NCBI GenBank assembly: GCA_963793865.1
Contig: CAWCBP010000001.1
Location: forward strand, 480,001 to 544,000
Source of the DNA: an uncultured delta proteobacterium
Lineage (GTDB): Bacteria; Desulfobacterota; WTBG01
Direction of reading: 5' to 3'
DNA: 64,000 bases
The position numbers and the translations under genes were made by a program. Position 1 is the stretch's first letter, and the number at the start of each line of letters is the position of its first letter. Below the pieces are notes generated by a model. That model made no database searches. It had not been told where the DNA came from and worked only from the letters and a program-made list of their open reading frames with translations. Of the stretch, positions 63,482 to 64,000 are shown one piece after another.

Positions 63482-64000
63482 TCATTTTTTTTTGCCGTTT
63501 TCCCCGTGCGATTGTTCCAGCCACTCCTCAATGATTGACCAGTATCTGCCGGGATCATGAAAGGGCAGCCCGTTGTGGTCAGCCCCTTCGAAAAGATGCC
63601 GTTCCTTTGGCGCGTTGGCTGCTTCATATAATGCCGCGCTGTCCTTTGCATCAACAATTTCGTCCGCGGTACCGTGCAGGAAAAGCAGGGGGGCATGCAC
63701 TTTTGCGATCTTGGCATCATTGTCAAACCTGTCCCTGAGGATGAGGTTCGCGGGAAAGCAGTTCAACGGGAAATGATAGCCGGCAACGGAAGCAAGAGAC
63801 CTGAACGGGGTGACCAGGATCAGTCCTCTGCATCGGTGGCGCTCGGCGAGTTCAATGGCCACGCCGCACCCCAGCGATTCTCCATAGAACACCACCCGGT
63901 CAGGCCCCAGATTCTTCTCCTGTGCGAGCCATGCCAGGGAAGCCTCGGCATCGAGATAGAGGTTTTTTTCCGTCGGCACACCTTCACTCTTTCCATACCC
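63482..64000 (-). CDS. Alpha/beta hydrolase (5' end outside window)
   Basis: GESLG nucleophile elbow, HGTADEIV and GADHN. Confidence 0.85.
   Translation of the reverse strand, partial: GYGKSEGVPTEKNLYLDAEASLAWLAQEKNLGPDRVVFYGESLGCGVAIELAERHRCRGLILVTPFRSLASVAGYHFPLNCFPANLILRDRFDNDAKIAKVHAPLLFLHGTADEIVDAKDSAALYEAANAPKERHLFEGADHNGLPFHDPGRYWSIIEEWLEQSHGENGKKK

Noticed and set aside
1..64000. CRISPR array, prophage, transposase or rRNA
   Set aside because: No regularly spaced direct repeats and no recognisable cas, phage, transposase or rRNA sequence seen.

Overview
GC-rich chromosomal window from an anaerobic Gram-negative bacterium. Gene content and order resemble Desulfobacterota/Deltaproteobacteria (inference). 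The left half (1-32 kb) is mostly housekeeping: pgm, a nucleotide-sugar dehydrogenase, the tilS-ftsH-folP-cdaA-cdaR-pdxJ-nnr-tsaE-lysC-cimA-comEA run, a ClpX-like ATPase, a DnaJ-class chaperone, a PilT-family ATPase, a GAF/sigma-54 activator and tRNA-Met. The right half holds the most interesting feature, a ~24.5 kb almost entirely co-directional redox and uptake cluster (32490-56989). It encodes small ferredoxins, an orphan PorD plus a PorB-like protein lacking the TPP motif, a NuoE/F/G-like module with no catalytic subunit and two geranylgeranyl-reductase-family flavoproteins. It also encodes a tandem pair of proteins resembling red chlorophyll catabolite reductase / ferredoxin-dependent bilin reductases (one apparently catalytic, one degenerate), an SCP2-like protein, three VAO/PCMH-family flavoproteins, an XRE-cupin regulator and a YCF48-MMPL-DUF1302-DUF1329 uptake set. 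I hypothesise an undescribed anaerobic pathway that imports and reduces or degrades a hydrophobic conjugated substrate, possibly a linear tetrapyrrole. Ten genes carry single-base frameshifts that are most likely sequencing errors. Several families of palindromic intergenic repeats and two small ORFs missed by the ORF track were also found. All family assignments come from motif recognition by eye; no searches were run.
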